A stretch of 64,000 nt of DNA from Lama guanicoe (taxonomy: Eukaryota): contig MU053652.1 of assembly GCA_013239625.1 (NCBI GenBank), positions 2,792,001-2,856,000 of the forward strand, in the 5' to 3' direction. The notes under the pieces were generated by a model that saw nothing but the letters and a program-made list of their open reading frames with translations, searched no databases and had not been told where the DNA came from. Position numbers and translations under genes: made by a program. Below, in pieces: positions 1-13,920 of the stretch. Positions within the stretch are counted from its first letter, which is position 1, and every line of letters begins with the position of its first letter.

Positions 1-3000
1 CATTTTAATATGAGTGAATTCTTTGGATAAGAAAGAATAGTAAGATTTTGGGGGAAAATATAATCTTATCTGAAAACAAGGAAATAAAAAGAGAAATGGG
101 TGAGGAGTAAGGAATGGGACAGTAAAAATTAAAGATTGTAAGTATTTAATGGTCTAAAATGTTTTGTGGTTATGGCAAGATTAGTTAATAGTCCAGGCTT
201 CTTTTGTTTGAAAATAAATTAATTAATGAATTTTCCTTTTCATTTCCAGTGAATCCTTCAAATCATCATCTTATGCTATTATTTGACTTACATCAAATGC
301 CTTTCCAAAGTTATGCCCAGAACTCATGCAGTGCTTACATTTTTAGATTGCTTTATGATCGTTAACTAGTTTAAATCAAATTCCTGGAAGGCACGCTCAA
401 TGCTTATTACTGGATGTGTTTTATGGATTAGGAAACAAATCATTTGTGTAGCACAGGCCGCAAACCTGGGCTGAAGCCAAAAAAATCTCCCTGCTTTTCA
501 CATCTACTGGTTTTAATTTTATCTTGAAATTCTCCGTTTTCTAACTTCTTTTATAAAATGGTTGAACCTTAAATCCTAGGGTTGATTTAGCATCCGTATA
601 ATTGATTTTAGACTATATTTCATGGATATAGCCTTAGATTTTGATCCACTGTTGATTTCTTTGAAAAAAAGAACTACATGTGATTTGCTACTCAGATCTG
701 CAGTCACTTCTTGACTCAAATATCTGTGACATAATCTTCGTAACTAAATCTGTGAAACTGTTTTGAATTCTTTAGACTTGACAATTTGAGGCTGGGGTTG
801 GCAGTCTGGATGACAGGAGTGCTGGGGAAGGCCCATGGGCCAGTTTTCACTGAGCAGCTGGAGGGAAGGAGGTGCTGCTGTGTGATCCCCTCCCTCCGTC
901 TTAGAGTTTGTCACCCCACCCCCCACCCCCAGTAACTTTAAAAAGCTTCCTGTGCTTTTGGGAGTTAAGGTACTTATATTTTTCTTTTGTTTAATCACAC
1001 TGGCACTTAGTAATATCTGTCTCTGTCTTTGCCCTCCTGACTTCCAGCTTGTGACGTTTCTGTTTCTCTGACAGCTAGGCGGCTGGCTTCTGATTGGCCA
1101 AAGCTCCCTCTGGATGTCCTTTACAGTCCTACCTCCACATTCTTCTTCCTTTTCCTGCTAGTTCTCTTTCTGTGCTATGGCTAATCTTACTTAGTTTGGT
1201 GGAAGGAATATTGAGGTAGAGTAATGTTAATATCTCTGCTAACGATTGATGGGTACCTGCCTCTTTGCATGCTGTGCTGGGGACTCTATTTTTTTTCACT
1301 GGGTTTTAGTTCCCACTCGCTGTAGAACTGTGGGAGGGTCTCCAAGTCTGCGCTGTAGGCTGCTCGTCTGTAAAATGAGGGTTTGGAGTAAGGTGTTTCT
1401 GGCTCTAATTTCGTGCTGCAATTGCGTTTATTCACATTGTGGTACGGTTGGAAATCCTCACAGGAGTGCTTTAGCTTTTTGAAAGATACGTGAATTAAGA
1501 CTGGTCTCAGTTTAGGGGTGTTGCTTCTGAGTCCCAGGATCGGGGGACCCAGGACTCCTTGGATCAGACTGTCTGCAGTATGTCTGGCCCTTTTTTCCCT
1601 CCAGGAGTTAGGGATGGGTGTCAGGTGCACCCTTCTCCGCCCGTGCGTGTTATCTACATCAGAAGCCTCGAGAACTAATTGAACCTGAACACTCCGCTCT
1701 GAACACCCCACACCTCAGTTTGGAAGTTTCTGCCGCTTCTCATCTCCGTGATAGAGGCACAGGGTGGTATTTAGACCACTAGGGGAGTTTCTGGGAACCT
1801 GCTTAATACTTCTATTAATTCTTGAACAACTCATTAAAAAGTTCTATTCCAGATCTTTCTCTTGCAAAATTGTACATAGTCTGTGACCTTGCGTGCTTGT
1901 TTCCTATTTCCAGGGGAATTTTTGTTAGTGCTGAGTCTTTTTGTAATGTTCACAGCTACGCCAAGCTACTTATCTGTTTGTTGTCAAGGCCATTGACAAC
2001 TGTTTTGCTTTCTGCTTTTATACTGATGTATCATGCATTCATGGCACATATCTGTCCATTTTCTAAAAATCTATGATGATCTTGTTTTGTTTCTTTATGT
2101 TTCCAGAAAGATTAATCATTGCTATGCTAGGAACACTTAGTTGCTCAGCTTTGTCCTTAGTACCACTAATATTCCTTCAGCTTTTCCTAATTTTTAGCTT
2201 TTCAAAATTGTGTAGTACATACTTTTTATGTATTTTTGGCTCTTCCCAAAAGAGTTTGTGATGACTTTTCAGTCTTTAGTGATTATTGCCTGAAAATACA
2301 GGTACTTGATAGCAACAAGTGAGAAGTATTTTTAAATACAATGCCATTCATAGCCTTTCTTTGGATTTTATCTTTGAAATCTGTGGTCTACCTTTTGCTT
2401 TTTAATTAGTTGATGAAAAGTTACTGTACTTGCAGGCTTCTCTTCTTTTCATGGAAAAAGATACCAAAATCCCCGTTTGCTCCCACTTTTAAAGGATTCA
2501 GAATTAAGATTCTTTCTGCCATTAATTTAATTCTTCTGAAAAGGAACATAGGAGTTTGTTCTTTGCTGTGTGTATATCTTTGTTCCTATAACTAGCAGTT
2601 TGGAACAAGGACTTTATGAGCTTAATGCATCAAACCCTTTCATATCAGCTGCAGAAAATCTTTTCAAGATACATATTTTTCAGTAATAGGAGATCCTTTG
2701 AGATTCTAAACAAATATTTCAACAACAGATTTGCTTTAAAAAGATTTCTGAGGTGATTGTCTATCTGAGAAATCATGCCTTGCATGTTAGCTGCAGAGCG
2801 TTTGCTTGTGTGTGGGGAACGTTTTGGTGGCATGATATCCTGGGCTCATTCTGTGTCCGTGGTCCCAGGCCCTTGACTGAGGAAGTCTCAAGTGGTTGAG
2901 GGACGACCACAGTGGCATCCTGAGGATCTGACTGGAAATGCCCTCCCTCTGACTGTATTTTGTTGTTGTCTTTGGACAGTACCAGTTGTTTGAGAGCACT

Positions 3001-4214
3001 GAATTGCATTTGTATAAATATACATAGTACTTGCTAAAACATCTTTTTGGATCATTGTGCTCTTTCAGAGTTAAGAGATCCAAGCTCTGGAAAGATGACT
3101 CACCAGGAACATGTCAGGTCCTGGACATTCCCGGTAAACAGTCTAGTGTATTTTGGATCATGGCTCTTTCTGTATTACTGTTCGTACATTGGAATCCTCC
3201 TAATCCTCAACGTGGTGTCTAGGAGCAGGCACAAATAAACACATCCTCTCTGGACATACTTTCTGTCCAAAACTGAATGAAGGAAAACAAACAAGAACAC
3301 TTAAAGGTGTCTGCAGTCTGTCTGAAGGCTGTGGATGCTGGTGCCCCATGGCCTTGAGTTACTGACAAGCTATTCCTCTCCTTGTTTATTCTCCTTTCTT
3401 TCCATGTTCTTTACTCCCTCAAGTTCCTTCCTGTGCACCCTGCCCTGCACCCTGCCCTCCTCCCCGCCCTGGAAAAACAAAACAAAACAAAACAGATTCT
3501 TTTCTGTATCTCCTGCTCTTCCTCCTTTCCCTTTTGCCTTTCCCATTCCTGGTACGGATACACCAGTAACACCCTACAGTTCCCACAGGCATTTTTTTTT
3601 ATCTTGACAAATGGCAGCCCAGAGCCAAAGACAGGTTTTACTCTTGACAAGATTTCATGCTGATGCAGACTATTCCTAAAGAGTTTTGTATGTTTATATA
3701 TCAGATGCCAAGCTGAATGGGAAATGCATGTGAAATTCTTTCAGATATTTAAATAGGCTTCAAGAAGGTGTCAGATTGAAGTTTAAATTTTGTGCTAAAG
3801 GACATTCTGCTCAAATTTACATAAGAGTAATCATGCAGATAATAAATTTCAGGACTCTTTGTATTCATGACATTTTTGGTAAACAAAGATGTGGTTTTGG
3901 TTACAATAATGTTTTTTAAATTGCTTAAGCTCTAGCAAAGTTTGGTATTAAAAGTGACAGAGTCAAATTTGTGCTAAACACACAACTATTACTTATGCCA
4001 CTGTCAAGAATCAGAGTATTTTCCACCTCTAAGGGGCTTCAGAGCTAATGTAATTTAATCTTTTTCTTTTATAGATGAGACAGTTTACTTAATTTTAAAC
4101 TCCTGGTTTGTGGCATAGCCAACCACAATTAGGTCTTCCACTTCCCTGTCTACTCTGCTTTTTTTTTGAGGTGGGGGCAGAAAGTTTAATTTATGAAATT
4201 TAGAGGTAACATGA

Positions 4215-4360
4215 GCAGAGAAGCCTGGGAAGAGTATGTGACTTCTAAACCTGGCTTGACTTTAATTCGCTAGTTATGAGGTGTTGGACTGGGGTTAACC
4301 TCTCTGGATCTCACTTTTATGGAGGGTTGAACTTTAAGATCTCTTCCAGGTCTGTGACTT
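4215..4360 (+). mobile_element. MIR-family SINE remnant (highly diverged)
   Basis: Degenerate MIR-like core (ttctaaacctggc...ttaacctctctggatctcacttt) and MIR3-like tail (aagatctcttccagg); recognised by eye. Confidence 0.5.
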
Positions 4361-5017
4361 GTGATCAAGTGAGAAAGATGAAATAGATTTAGAATCTTCC
4401 TATTCTGCATTTGTGCAGTCTCAATCTGAGTGTTGTTTCAAGAAGAATCATTCCTATTTTTTAGTGGGTATCATTTGTATTTCTTCTTGTTAGTGAATCA
4501 GCTTTTCCGAAGTGTATTGTTAGACACCGCTTGTTGTTTTAGTCAACATGATAGATGCCTCTGGCATCACCTTGATTAACTGAAGTAAACACACATTTAG
4601 AGGTCACTCCCCTCTAGTTTCAAACTGATGGAAGAGTACCATGCAGGAATAGTCCAGAGACAGATGACTGAGAGGTGGTTTTTTTCTTTTTCCAGATTGT
4701 TGACAGTTTCTTACAGTGTTCGAGAGTAACGTCATATAAATAAAATGTAAGAGAATCGGCTCTTCTGACTCCTAGAGTTGCCTTATTTTGGGATTGTGGA
4801 ACAGGTTTTTCTGTTCTCAGTAGGATAATCTGCCATTGTTTGTGTCGGAGAGTAGACAGTTGTGGCAGTCTGGGAAGGGTAGGAAAGATGAGATGAGTTT
4901 AACATACTGGAGAAAAAGCTGAGGAGACCAGAGAAGCTTTTCTAAGACCAACTGAGCTTTGAGACCTTTCCCTCATTGCTTAGCAGAGGTTCCTTTGCCC
5001 GTCTTTGTTTAAAGAAA

Positions 5018-5300
5018 CACATTCCTTCAGTAAACACTTTCTGAATACCCATCATGTACGTCACATTGATCTGGGTGCTGTGGGAATTACAAAAGAATTA
5101 TTCATCCAGAGCTTCTTCCTCTAGGTGTTTACTCTCTAACTGGGTCCCCAGTGGTTAGGTCATGAAATGATGCAGCAGATGTCCGGGTACCCCAAAGAGT
5201 GGTCTAGACAAGGAGAGAGAAGGGAGAAGGACTCAAGCCGTAGGAGAAGACCCCAAGGAGCCATGACACTTGAACAGTTTGAAGGAACAATAGTTAATAA
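5018..5300 (-). mobile_element. L2 LINE 3' end remnant
   Basis: cattccttcagtaaacactttctgaatacc...ctgggtgctgtggg resembles the reverse complement of the L2 3' terminus. Confidence 0.55.
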
Positions 5301-5459
5301 TAGCTGAAGAACTTGTTTTAATTTTCTCTTGGGAGAGAATACAAGGGATGCAGTTGGGTTGGGCTGGGACATAGGTCTGGGATTGGGAAATGACGACTGT
5401 GTATTTTAAGGTGGCAAATGAGGACCCTATGGAAGTACCAGAGCCCTTGTAATCTCTTT

Positions 5460-5770
5460 TTTTTGTTGTTGTTATTTAAAATTTCAAACCTTTAGAAAAG
5501 TACTATGAACATTTATATACCATCTTCTAGATTAATTTTGCTATACTTGTCTCATGCTCTGTATTTGTATGTGTTTTGAATCAAATGTGGTATATATATT
5601 TATATTACTTTGTTTAACCACTTGAATATAAATTGCAGATACTATGACATTTCACCTCTAAATACGTGCTAAAGAAGACTTTCTTCTGTGTAATTGCAAT
5701 ACAGTTATCACACCCAACAAATTTTGCATTGATATAATAACATGGTCTAGTATATAGATAATATTTAAAT
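5460..5770 (-). mobile_element. Old L1 (L1MC/L1MD-like) 3' UTR fragment
   Basis: aaatttcaaacctttagaaaag...aattgcagatactatgacatttcacctctaaatac is typical of antisense L1MC-type 3' ends. Confidence 0.55.
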
Positions 5771-6009
5771 TTGGGATTGGGCTGTGTGTTTATTTTTTTA
5801 AATCAGGTGGACTTGTCTGGCACAATGTATGAATGGGTGGAGCAAGAGACTAGGGCCACGGAAACTAGTTTATACATATTTAAAAAGTCATATATAACCA
5901 CAAAGATACAGGAAGCTCATTATGGTCTGATATGTTATAATCTTGAAGATACAATCTTAAATAAGAATGAGCATAGAAGAGTGTGGAAAAGAATTTATAA
6001 ATAGTTGTG

Positions 6010-6030
6010 GATAGATAGATAGATAGATAG
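6010..6030 (+). repeat. (GATA)5 microsatellite
   Basis: gatagatagatagatagatag read directly. Confidence 0.9.
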
Positions 6031-7664
6031 AACATCTCTGGAAAACAAAAACCGAACTATAACATTTCGTACCTTTAAGAGAAGGAAGTAGGTAGCTGGG
6101 GGGCAGGGAGACTTTTCCCTGAATACTCATTTTCACCTTTTGAATTTTGGACATAGAATTTCTTCAAAAATAAATAGTAAGTAAGTAAGCATAGACTTAC
6201 GTTGATGCTGTTGTGAGCTTTGTAGGGTGTAGGACAGTGCTTCTCTTTATGTCCTAAAGAAATTTGGAGAATGAGACCTGAATCAAATGTGGAGGAAATA
6301 TTTTATCTTTTAAATTTTGAAGGGAAATTTAATGTTTGTGTCACTTAATGGAAAAGGATCTTCATGTTACAAGAAGATACTTTTTTTTTTTTTTTTCCCA
6401 GGAACTGCTGGTGTGGAGGGGAGGGACTTGATGGGGATTTGATACCCAGAAAGTTAGAATTCCATAGAGGAAAGCACAAAGGAAGATACGGTAGGAGTTT
6501 GCTTATTCCTCCTGGAGTAAAAGATACTTTTTTCTTCCTCTAAGAATGAGAAAGAAGAAGAGAGTTTTGTAGTTTGTTTCAGTAGAAAAGTATAAAAGAT
6601 GGCAAATGGGACTCAGAATTTACATTGTGTGTATTCTTGTCTATCTTTGATGATAGAAGATAAGTACATTTAAAAGCTGCTAAGAGAAAATGAACATTTC
6701 AGGATAATGGCTGTCTGATCTTTAAAATACTAGAAATCTATGTAATTAGCAAATTATTTCCATTTGATAGTAATTTGGTCATTTTGTGTTATAATTTTTA
6801 TGTGATTATATGGTGAACTTGTGTGATATTTATGCTTAAAAATTACTCTTTCGAAGTGTTTTGGGTATGTTGCAGGAGAGGTTAAAGTTAATTTTGGAGT
6901 TGACTCAGTTACGTTGTTTTCTTTCTGTTTTTGTATGATTAACACAAAGTTATTGATTGGTACTTAGTGCTGGTTCTCTTGAAGGCCAGTGTTTATTAAT
7001 CAGTGTGTGTTGAATTGCTCCCAGTGTCCATTAGGCATCCTGTGGTTAATGGAGACAGATGGTCTGCCCTTGATAGATGCTTCTGAAAAGTTAACATTTC
7101 AACAGTGCTCGTAAATTCCTCCCAGGGAGGGAAGCCACTGACTGCTCAGGCAAGCCTTCAGGAGGAGGGGAACCTGTGCTGTCTGAGTGGGCATCGGGGG
7201 TGTGACTTGTAGGTGAAGAAATCTGATTTTATGAATTCATTCAGAGTTGAAGGGGACTGTGAGACTGTATGATGATACCTGCACTAAGCAAGCTTACAGG
7301 AGATTGCATATCCCGGCGAGGGAACTTGCAGTGGGAGATGTACTGGGGTCACTTGTGACTGGTCGAAAGGATAAAATTTGGATCGTAACCTTAATTGGTG
7401 AACATCGAAATAAGGTAGGGAAGAACGGGATATTTTCACGTGATATTTTCATTAAGTCATAAAAATTTGACGGAGGACTTTTTTTTTTTTAACTCCAGGG
7501 GCTATTCTGCCTGAAAAACTGGGGCTTAAAAATTAGAGCATCTTTACTCTACAGTGTGGTGCTGGATAAGCATGATGAATTCTTCTCTGTTGTCTTTGTA
7601 ATTAGTTACTAAAAGCCCCATTACCCTGTGGCAGGTATGTTACAATACAAAGGAGAAATAAATG

Positions 7665-7865
7665 TAATAATAATAATGAGTGCTTACCATGTGTTGGGCA
7701 CTTTGCTAAATTTTTCTATTATCCCATTAGCCCCACAACAGCCCTAGGAAATGGATACTATTATCATTCCCTCTTTATAGAAAATTAAAACTTAGGAAAG
7801 CTCAGGGCTTGGAGCCCAAGTGCAGCGCCAGGTAGCCTAACTCTAGAGAAGCTTGTGTTCTTAGT
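7665..7865 (-). mobile_element. MIR SINE
   Basis: gagtgcttaccatgtgttgggcac...cacaacagccctagg...tattatcattccctctttatag matches the antisense MIR pattern. Confidence 0.75.
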
Positions 7866-8094
7866 GTGATAGAATTTCTTTTGCACATTTCAGCTTCTTT
7901 CCAGTTGTGTTTTCCTTAGGATATAGCCTGATCGCTTTGAGACATCTTATCTCCCAAATGAACACTTAGAAAATACAGTTATTGTTAAATATTTAAGTAC
8001 TAACTGTTAGCGTAGTTTCTTTTTGGAGATTGCTGATCTTAAGCTCTTTTATGGTGATTCTGAGTAGTACTTTCATTTAGAGGATGGACCGTTA

Positions 8095-10720
8095 AAAATG
8101 AAGAAAGTTGCAAAAAACCCAAGGGTAATGCAAAGGAAAACTATTTTTTACTTAGATTCAGTTATTGTTTATATTTCCCCCATTTACTTTATCATTTGTG
8201 CATGTTTTCTTGCTCTGTATTTATGTATGTATGTGTTTGTATATATATATTTTTTCTGAATCATTTGAGGATGTTATGTGTATTATGGCTCTTTACCCCT
8301 AAGTATTTTAGTGTGTTTCCTAAGAATGGGGATTTTCACTTACACAACTTACTGTTTCATACATTTATATTGGTAAAATATTTTCATCTAATCTGCTACC
8401 TGTAATCGCAGTTTTGCCAATTGACCTAATAAAGTCCTTTATAACATTTTCCCGCCTGTGATATGAGATCCTGTATAGGGTTATATATCATTTATTTTTC
8501 ATATCTGTTTAATACCCTTTCATCTGGATTATTTCTACAGTTTGTCTTTTATTAGATGGACTTTTTTGAAGAATGTAGTGCCTTTTAAAAAAATAATAGA
8601 AAGTTCGTCATTTTGTGTTCGTCTGAAGTTTCCTCATCGTTAGATGCAGGTTATACATTCTCAGCCAGATCTTCCTTTTCCCCCTCCTTATTTATTAAGT
8701 TTATTCTCTTTCAAAATCAGGAAATTACCACTGATACAATAGCATTATCTAAGTACAGACCTTAGTCAGATTCCATCAGTTATTCCCCAAGTGTCTTTAT
8801 AGTCAGAAAATCCCGGGCCATACCTTACATCTGCTCTCCTTTCATCTTGGACTGTTTCTCCGTATTTCCTTGTGTTTCCTGGTACTGATCGTTTTGAAGA
8901 GTGCTAGCCAGTTATTACTAGCATGTCCTTCACTTTTGATTTGTTTGAAGTTTCCTTATGTTCGGATTCAGGTTTTGCATTTTGGGCAGAAATGCTGCAC
9001 AGGGGACATTGTGTTCTTCTCAGTGCACCATATTCAGTTCACCCCTGTGTCTGTTGGTCCCACTCCTTGGCATGCTGACTTTGATCCTTAGGTTATAGCT
9101 CAGTCTCCCAGATTTGATCAGTGTAAAGTTACTCTTCCCCCCTTTTTAGACAGTAACTATCTTGTGGAGTAATGTTTTTACTTGATAACCTATTACTTCT
9201 CAAACTTTTTACTTGTAGGCTTTAGAATCCATGGATAATTCGTGCCTGAATCAGTTAGTATTGTGATGGTTGCCCAGTAGTGATTTAGAATTTCTCCATT
9301 CCCTCTTCATTTATTCATTGGCCTTCTTCTACAAAGAGTGTTCCCTTATCTCTTATTTGTTTTTTAAATACCAGCTTAGACTCATGGATTCTTACTTTAT
9401 TCTTATCTTGTTATCCTTTCTTATTTTGAAGCTCAGATTGTCCTAGATCTGGCCGATGGGAGCCTCTCCACGCCAGCTCCCACGTCCTTCTGGCACATCC
9501 CTGCTGTTCTCTGACACATCCTCACTTTCTGGCACAGAACGGTCCTCCTTGTGTATTTCTTCTGTCTCAGCCCTGGAAGTGGCCGTTTCCCCAAGGAGCT
9601 CTGTATGAAAGTGCCTATTTCTCCATATCCTGGGCGAGAGTGACTTTTCATTACTATTTAACTTTACCAGTCTGATAAGTGAGAAATAGCATCTCAGTGT
9701 AGTTTTAATTTGTATTTCTTTTATTAGTGAAATTGAACATCTTTTCATATGTTTAAGGGATATACATGTATCTATATATGTATATGTATGTATGTGTATA
9801 TGTATGTCTGTGTATTCATGTCCTTTGCCCATTTTTCTGTCAAGTTACTAGGCTTTATTTCCTCAATTTTAAGTGCTCTTTGTGTGCTTTGGATATCAGC
9901 CCTTTATTTGTGATATGATGCAGATATTTTCTCTCATTTTATTTATTGTATTTGGTTAATGACTTTTTGCCATATAGAAAAATTTTGTTAATTTGATTAC
10001 ATAAAAATTTTTTATCAGTGTTTTCTTTTGTTCTTCCTGATTCTGAGTCATAGTTAGCACGCCCTTCCTTCTATCAAGGTTAGAGAAGAATTCACCCAAT
10101 AGTACTGGTAAGGCTTCATTACTTTACATTTAGATCCCTGATTGGAGTCTAAAGTATGGCTCTAATTATATCTTTTTCCAAATGGCTAATCAGTTGTTTC
10201 AACCATTTATTAAAAAGTCAGTTTTTGCCACAGTGATTTTTAGATGCCCCCTTTAGCATATACAGTACTGTAAAGTTCTGTGTATACTTTGGTCTGTTTT
10301 CGAACTTTCTGTACTACACTGACTTATCCATCTACTCATGGGCGAGTAGCACGCTTCATTAAGAAGCTTTATTGTATAATCTAATGTCTGGGAGGACTAG
10401 TCTTCTGCTCTACTGTTTGCTATTTTCCCGGCTGTTACTGCATGTGTATTTTTAATACGAGGTTCGGTATCAATTTTCCAGCTTCATTAAAAAGAATTAC
10501 TCGTATATTTATGGGATTGCATTAAATTGATAAGCTAATTTATAGCAAACTGACATTTTTATGATGTTGGCTTGGTTCTTTTCCCCAATAAGAAATGTCT
10601 TTCTATTTGTTAAGTCTTCACTTGTATCTTTTTAGGAATGTTTTAAAGTTATCCTCAGATGGGTTTTACACATTTGTTGTTAAATTTATTCTTAAATATT
10701 GTACTTTCTTTGTGAAACTT
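8095..10720 (-). mobile_element. Old L1 mosaic (L1MC-like 3' UTRs plus ORF2 C-terminal remnant)
   Basis: ORF 9443..9832(-) contains HMKRCSISLIKEIQIKTTLRCY, similar to the L1 ORF2 C-terminal motif HMKKCSSSLAIREMQIKTTMRYH; flanks resemble antisense L1. Confidence 0.8.
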
Positions 10721-10829
10721 ACTTTTTTTTCATTTGTTATGGTGATCTGAACAGGTCAGTACATGTATGTCCATTGTTCAAAGACATTCAAAACTTTTGT
10801 ATTGTAAGTATCATAAAAATTAATTCTAA

Positions 10830-12230
10830 ACAAAAAGTATATCCATGTATCCATTAATACAGGGAATATAAAGATAGCAAAGTCATGATTTCTCCCTTAA
10901 ATAACTTAAATATAGTTTTGAAAGTCAGCTATATGTTTATTTATATACGTTAGAAAATAAGAGAATTTCTTTGATAGGCAGATTCTGAATTGAGCCTAAA
11001 AGAAAAGTGTTGAATTTGTAGGGAGAATCAAAGAAGAACATTTCATGTGAGAAGAGCATAGGCTAAAGACGCAGGGTTTTACCACGTCGTGTGAGGTCAG
11101 TAAAGTAAGTGGCCTCAGATTGAAGAAATGTGTTTGTATTTAAAGATAAAGTAAGGGCAGTTAGTGGAAGACCTTGAGGGCCCAGAGATTTTAGATTTGA
11201 TCCACTCGGCAGCAGGAAGGCCTTCTGCATGAGTAATCTATTGCCATGTAACAGATTACCCCCAAAATTTAGTGTCTTTGAACACCAATAAGCATTTAGA
11301 GTCTCTTAACAAGTAGGTCAGGGATTTGGGAGCAGGGAACTCTCTTGCCACATTCTTTTCCTTTAAAAGCAAGTGAGTAAATTCAGCACACATTCAAGGG
11401 GAGACGGATTAGGTCCCACCAGGGAGTGTCAGAGGAAGGGAGTGTCCAAGAATCTGGGAACAGACTTTAAAACCACCATACTATTTGCGTTCTGAAGAAA
11501 AAGAGCGATAGTATGATTTTGAAAAGGAAAAATACCATGGCATCTAGCAGACGGTTAATCTGGTAGGAATGTCAAAGATGAAGTGAAGAAAGGGAGAAAC
11601 AGTAGGTAGATCCTAGTGAAATAATCCAGCAGCACAGTAGTGATGGAGTGAGTTGGGGGTCAGGAGAGAGGAGGGGCAGGATGCATATGAGGGATGCAGC
11701 ATCAGGGTGAGGGAGGAATACGTGAGTGAAAAAATGGTCTCGAGGTTTTCAGATCTGCAGAATGATCAGGCATTTCCATAACTGGAACAAGAAACCAATT
11801 TTGAGGAGATAAGGGTGCTCATTTGGCTTTAGACATTCAAGAGGAAATTCCTAAGCAGTTGAAACATGAACCAGGGCTCATGTTGAAATGTCTCGTCCAA
11901 GAGGGAGATTTCACATTTGTCATCCCAGAAGTGAGGGTTAAATTCTTCATGGGATGAGTATGCAGAAACGCCAGAACACTGAGGATCATGCCTCCGGGGG
12001 AAGCCGTGGATTGGAGTACGATTAGGAAAGCTAGATCCGTCGCATTAGAGAAAGAGCCAGCTGTGTTCCTGGCAGGAGCGACAAAGGTGGAGTGATCATG
12101 AGCTTCAGATATTGCAGAATTCGAAGGGAATAATGTTTGAAATGAATGCATTTGCCTGTAAGATTATTAAAGGTAACAGCAGTTTAAATGGAGTAGAACA
12201 ATTTTGGAAATTGGATTATAACATTTAATT
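10830..12230 (-). mobile_element. L2 LINE remnant interrupted by a MaLR LTR
   Basis: Purine-rich antisense L2-like segments (tttgatccactcggcagcaggaagg; aataatccagc; gctcatttggctttagacattcaagagg). Confidence 0.6.
11228..11480 (-). mobile_element. MLT1-type MaLR solo LTR fragment
   Basis: ctattgccatgtaacagattacccccaaaatttagtg at one end and tttaaaaccacca at the other resemble MLT1 termini. Confidence 0.65.
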
Positions 12231-13829
12231 CGATGATTAACTTTTTTAAAAAAAAGTGCCTGAAGTGGGAGGATGAGTGGCTGGTGTGCCTTTCCTCACT
12301 TAGACTTTGAGATCTTACATCCTTCTTGCCTTCTTTTAGTACCACCAAGCCTCCCTGGATTGGAACTTCTGCTCAGTGCTTGCACTGAGGGCTGGAGTAG
12401 GATTTTACCTCACTTGTGTTCAGGGACTCTCAACTGGGAGTGAAATCAACTTACTTCATGAGTTTTTTACGTCACGTACTGTTTTTAACTGTTCTTACCT
12501 ATGTTCTTCCCCCTCCTCTCTTCCTTTCCCTCCGTCCGGTTAGTATGACTTCGAGATCAGGTCTGAGATGAGGGATCACTTGTTTTTCCGTTTCCTTACC
12601 GCCCAACTTCAAACACGATTCCATTATTTGTATGCTTTGTTAGTTGAACTTGCAGGGATGATTAGTAAATAGGATTAAAATAGTTACTGACAAATGTAAA
12701 TACTAAATTGAAAGATGATTTTGTATTCTTTTATGTTGTGTATCTGTATTTAATCATTTTTCAAATTAGTAAAATAATTGTCAGTAAGATGGAGAAAAAA
12801 ATAACAAAATATTTTAAAAATTACTTTCTGTGAACTAATGCATTTCAAGATTTCTATAAGGATTTGAGATTAGATGAACCAAAGAATTGTGTGGTAAAAT
12901 ACTGATAAAGCCAGAAATTAAATCTGAGTTTTCTCTATTACATGGTGTGATGATTATTATTTCTTTTTTTTTCTTCTGATAAGGTTATTTTTCTCTTAAG
13001 AATAAACTTCTAAAAACATAAAGAAACTAAACCAGTATATCAGTAGTAACTATGATTCCAAATTAAAGGGTAGTCTTCATGCTGTGAAAAAAAGAAATAT
13101 TGCTAATAAATTCTTTTCAGCACAGAAAGATATGACTGCATTCAGTAACATCATCTTTGAATAACTAGGGCAGTGTTAAATAGTGTAGCCTAGTTCTGCA
13201 GTGTGCACAGAAGGTGGGCACAGGAAGAGCTGAAAGGGGTCAGGGGAGGGGAGAAGGACCAGCAGGAGTGAAGGAAGCTGAAGAGACCGGCGTGGAGAGC
13301 CTGGATACGAAGTGACTGTCGAAGGAGGCATGCAAAGGGAAGCATGGGCTCTAAACGTGTCAATTCTGCCATGACGGTTCTTCCATACATTTTTCATTAC
13401 ATGTGTTAGGTTTTTCTTGTGTCAGTCGTTGTGAGAGTGAGAAGGAGTGTCTTAGGAGATTGCTGATTTTGTTGTTTGTTTTCTAAATTAAATGCCTCGA
13501 TGTATTTGTGAGGATTGGTCTCATGACTTCTACTATTTGTACTTGGGCAGCTGACAAAAAGTTGGTGTGGTTAATTGATGTATTTTCCTTTTCCTGTCTC
13601 CCACCCGTCCTCTCCCTTCCTCTTTCCCTTATGTTCTGTGAGACTCACTTTGGGCACCATCAGCCCTAGAAGCTTCCTCCAGTGGCCTCTTCCATACCCA
13701 GTGCCCCACACTTGCTGGGTTAATTGTCCTCCTCCGGGCCCCTTGACTCCAGAATGTCCTGGGAACCCCGCTATCATGGGCTTCTCCAGCGTGTGTGGAA
13801 ATGCCTGTTGATGTGTTTCTTTTCCCTAC

Positions 13830-13920
13830 CAGACGGTGAACTCCTTAGCGGGAGGGGTCGAGTCCTACTCATCTGTGTATCCCCACTTCTAGTAAGTGTT
13901 AGTGGAATGAACAAATGAAC
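13830..13920 (+). mobile_element. L2 3' terminus
   Basis: gtgaactccttag...gtcctactcatctgtgtatcccca...gaatgaacaaatgaa. Confidence 0.65.

Noticed and set aside
7268..7515. Box C/D snoRNA starting at ATGATGA (also at 2073, 15396 and 19880)
   Set aside because: No box D (CTGA) at a suitable distance with a terminal stem.
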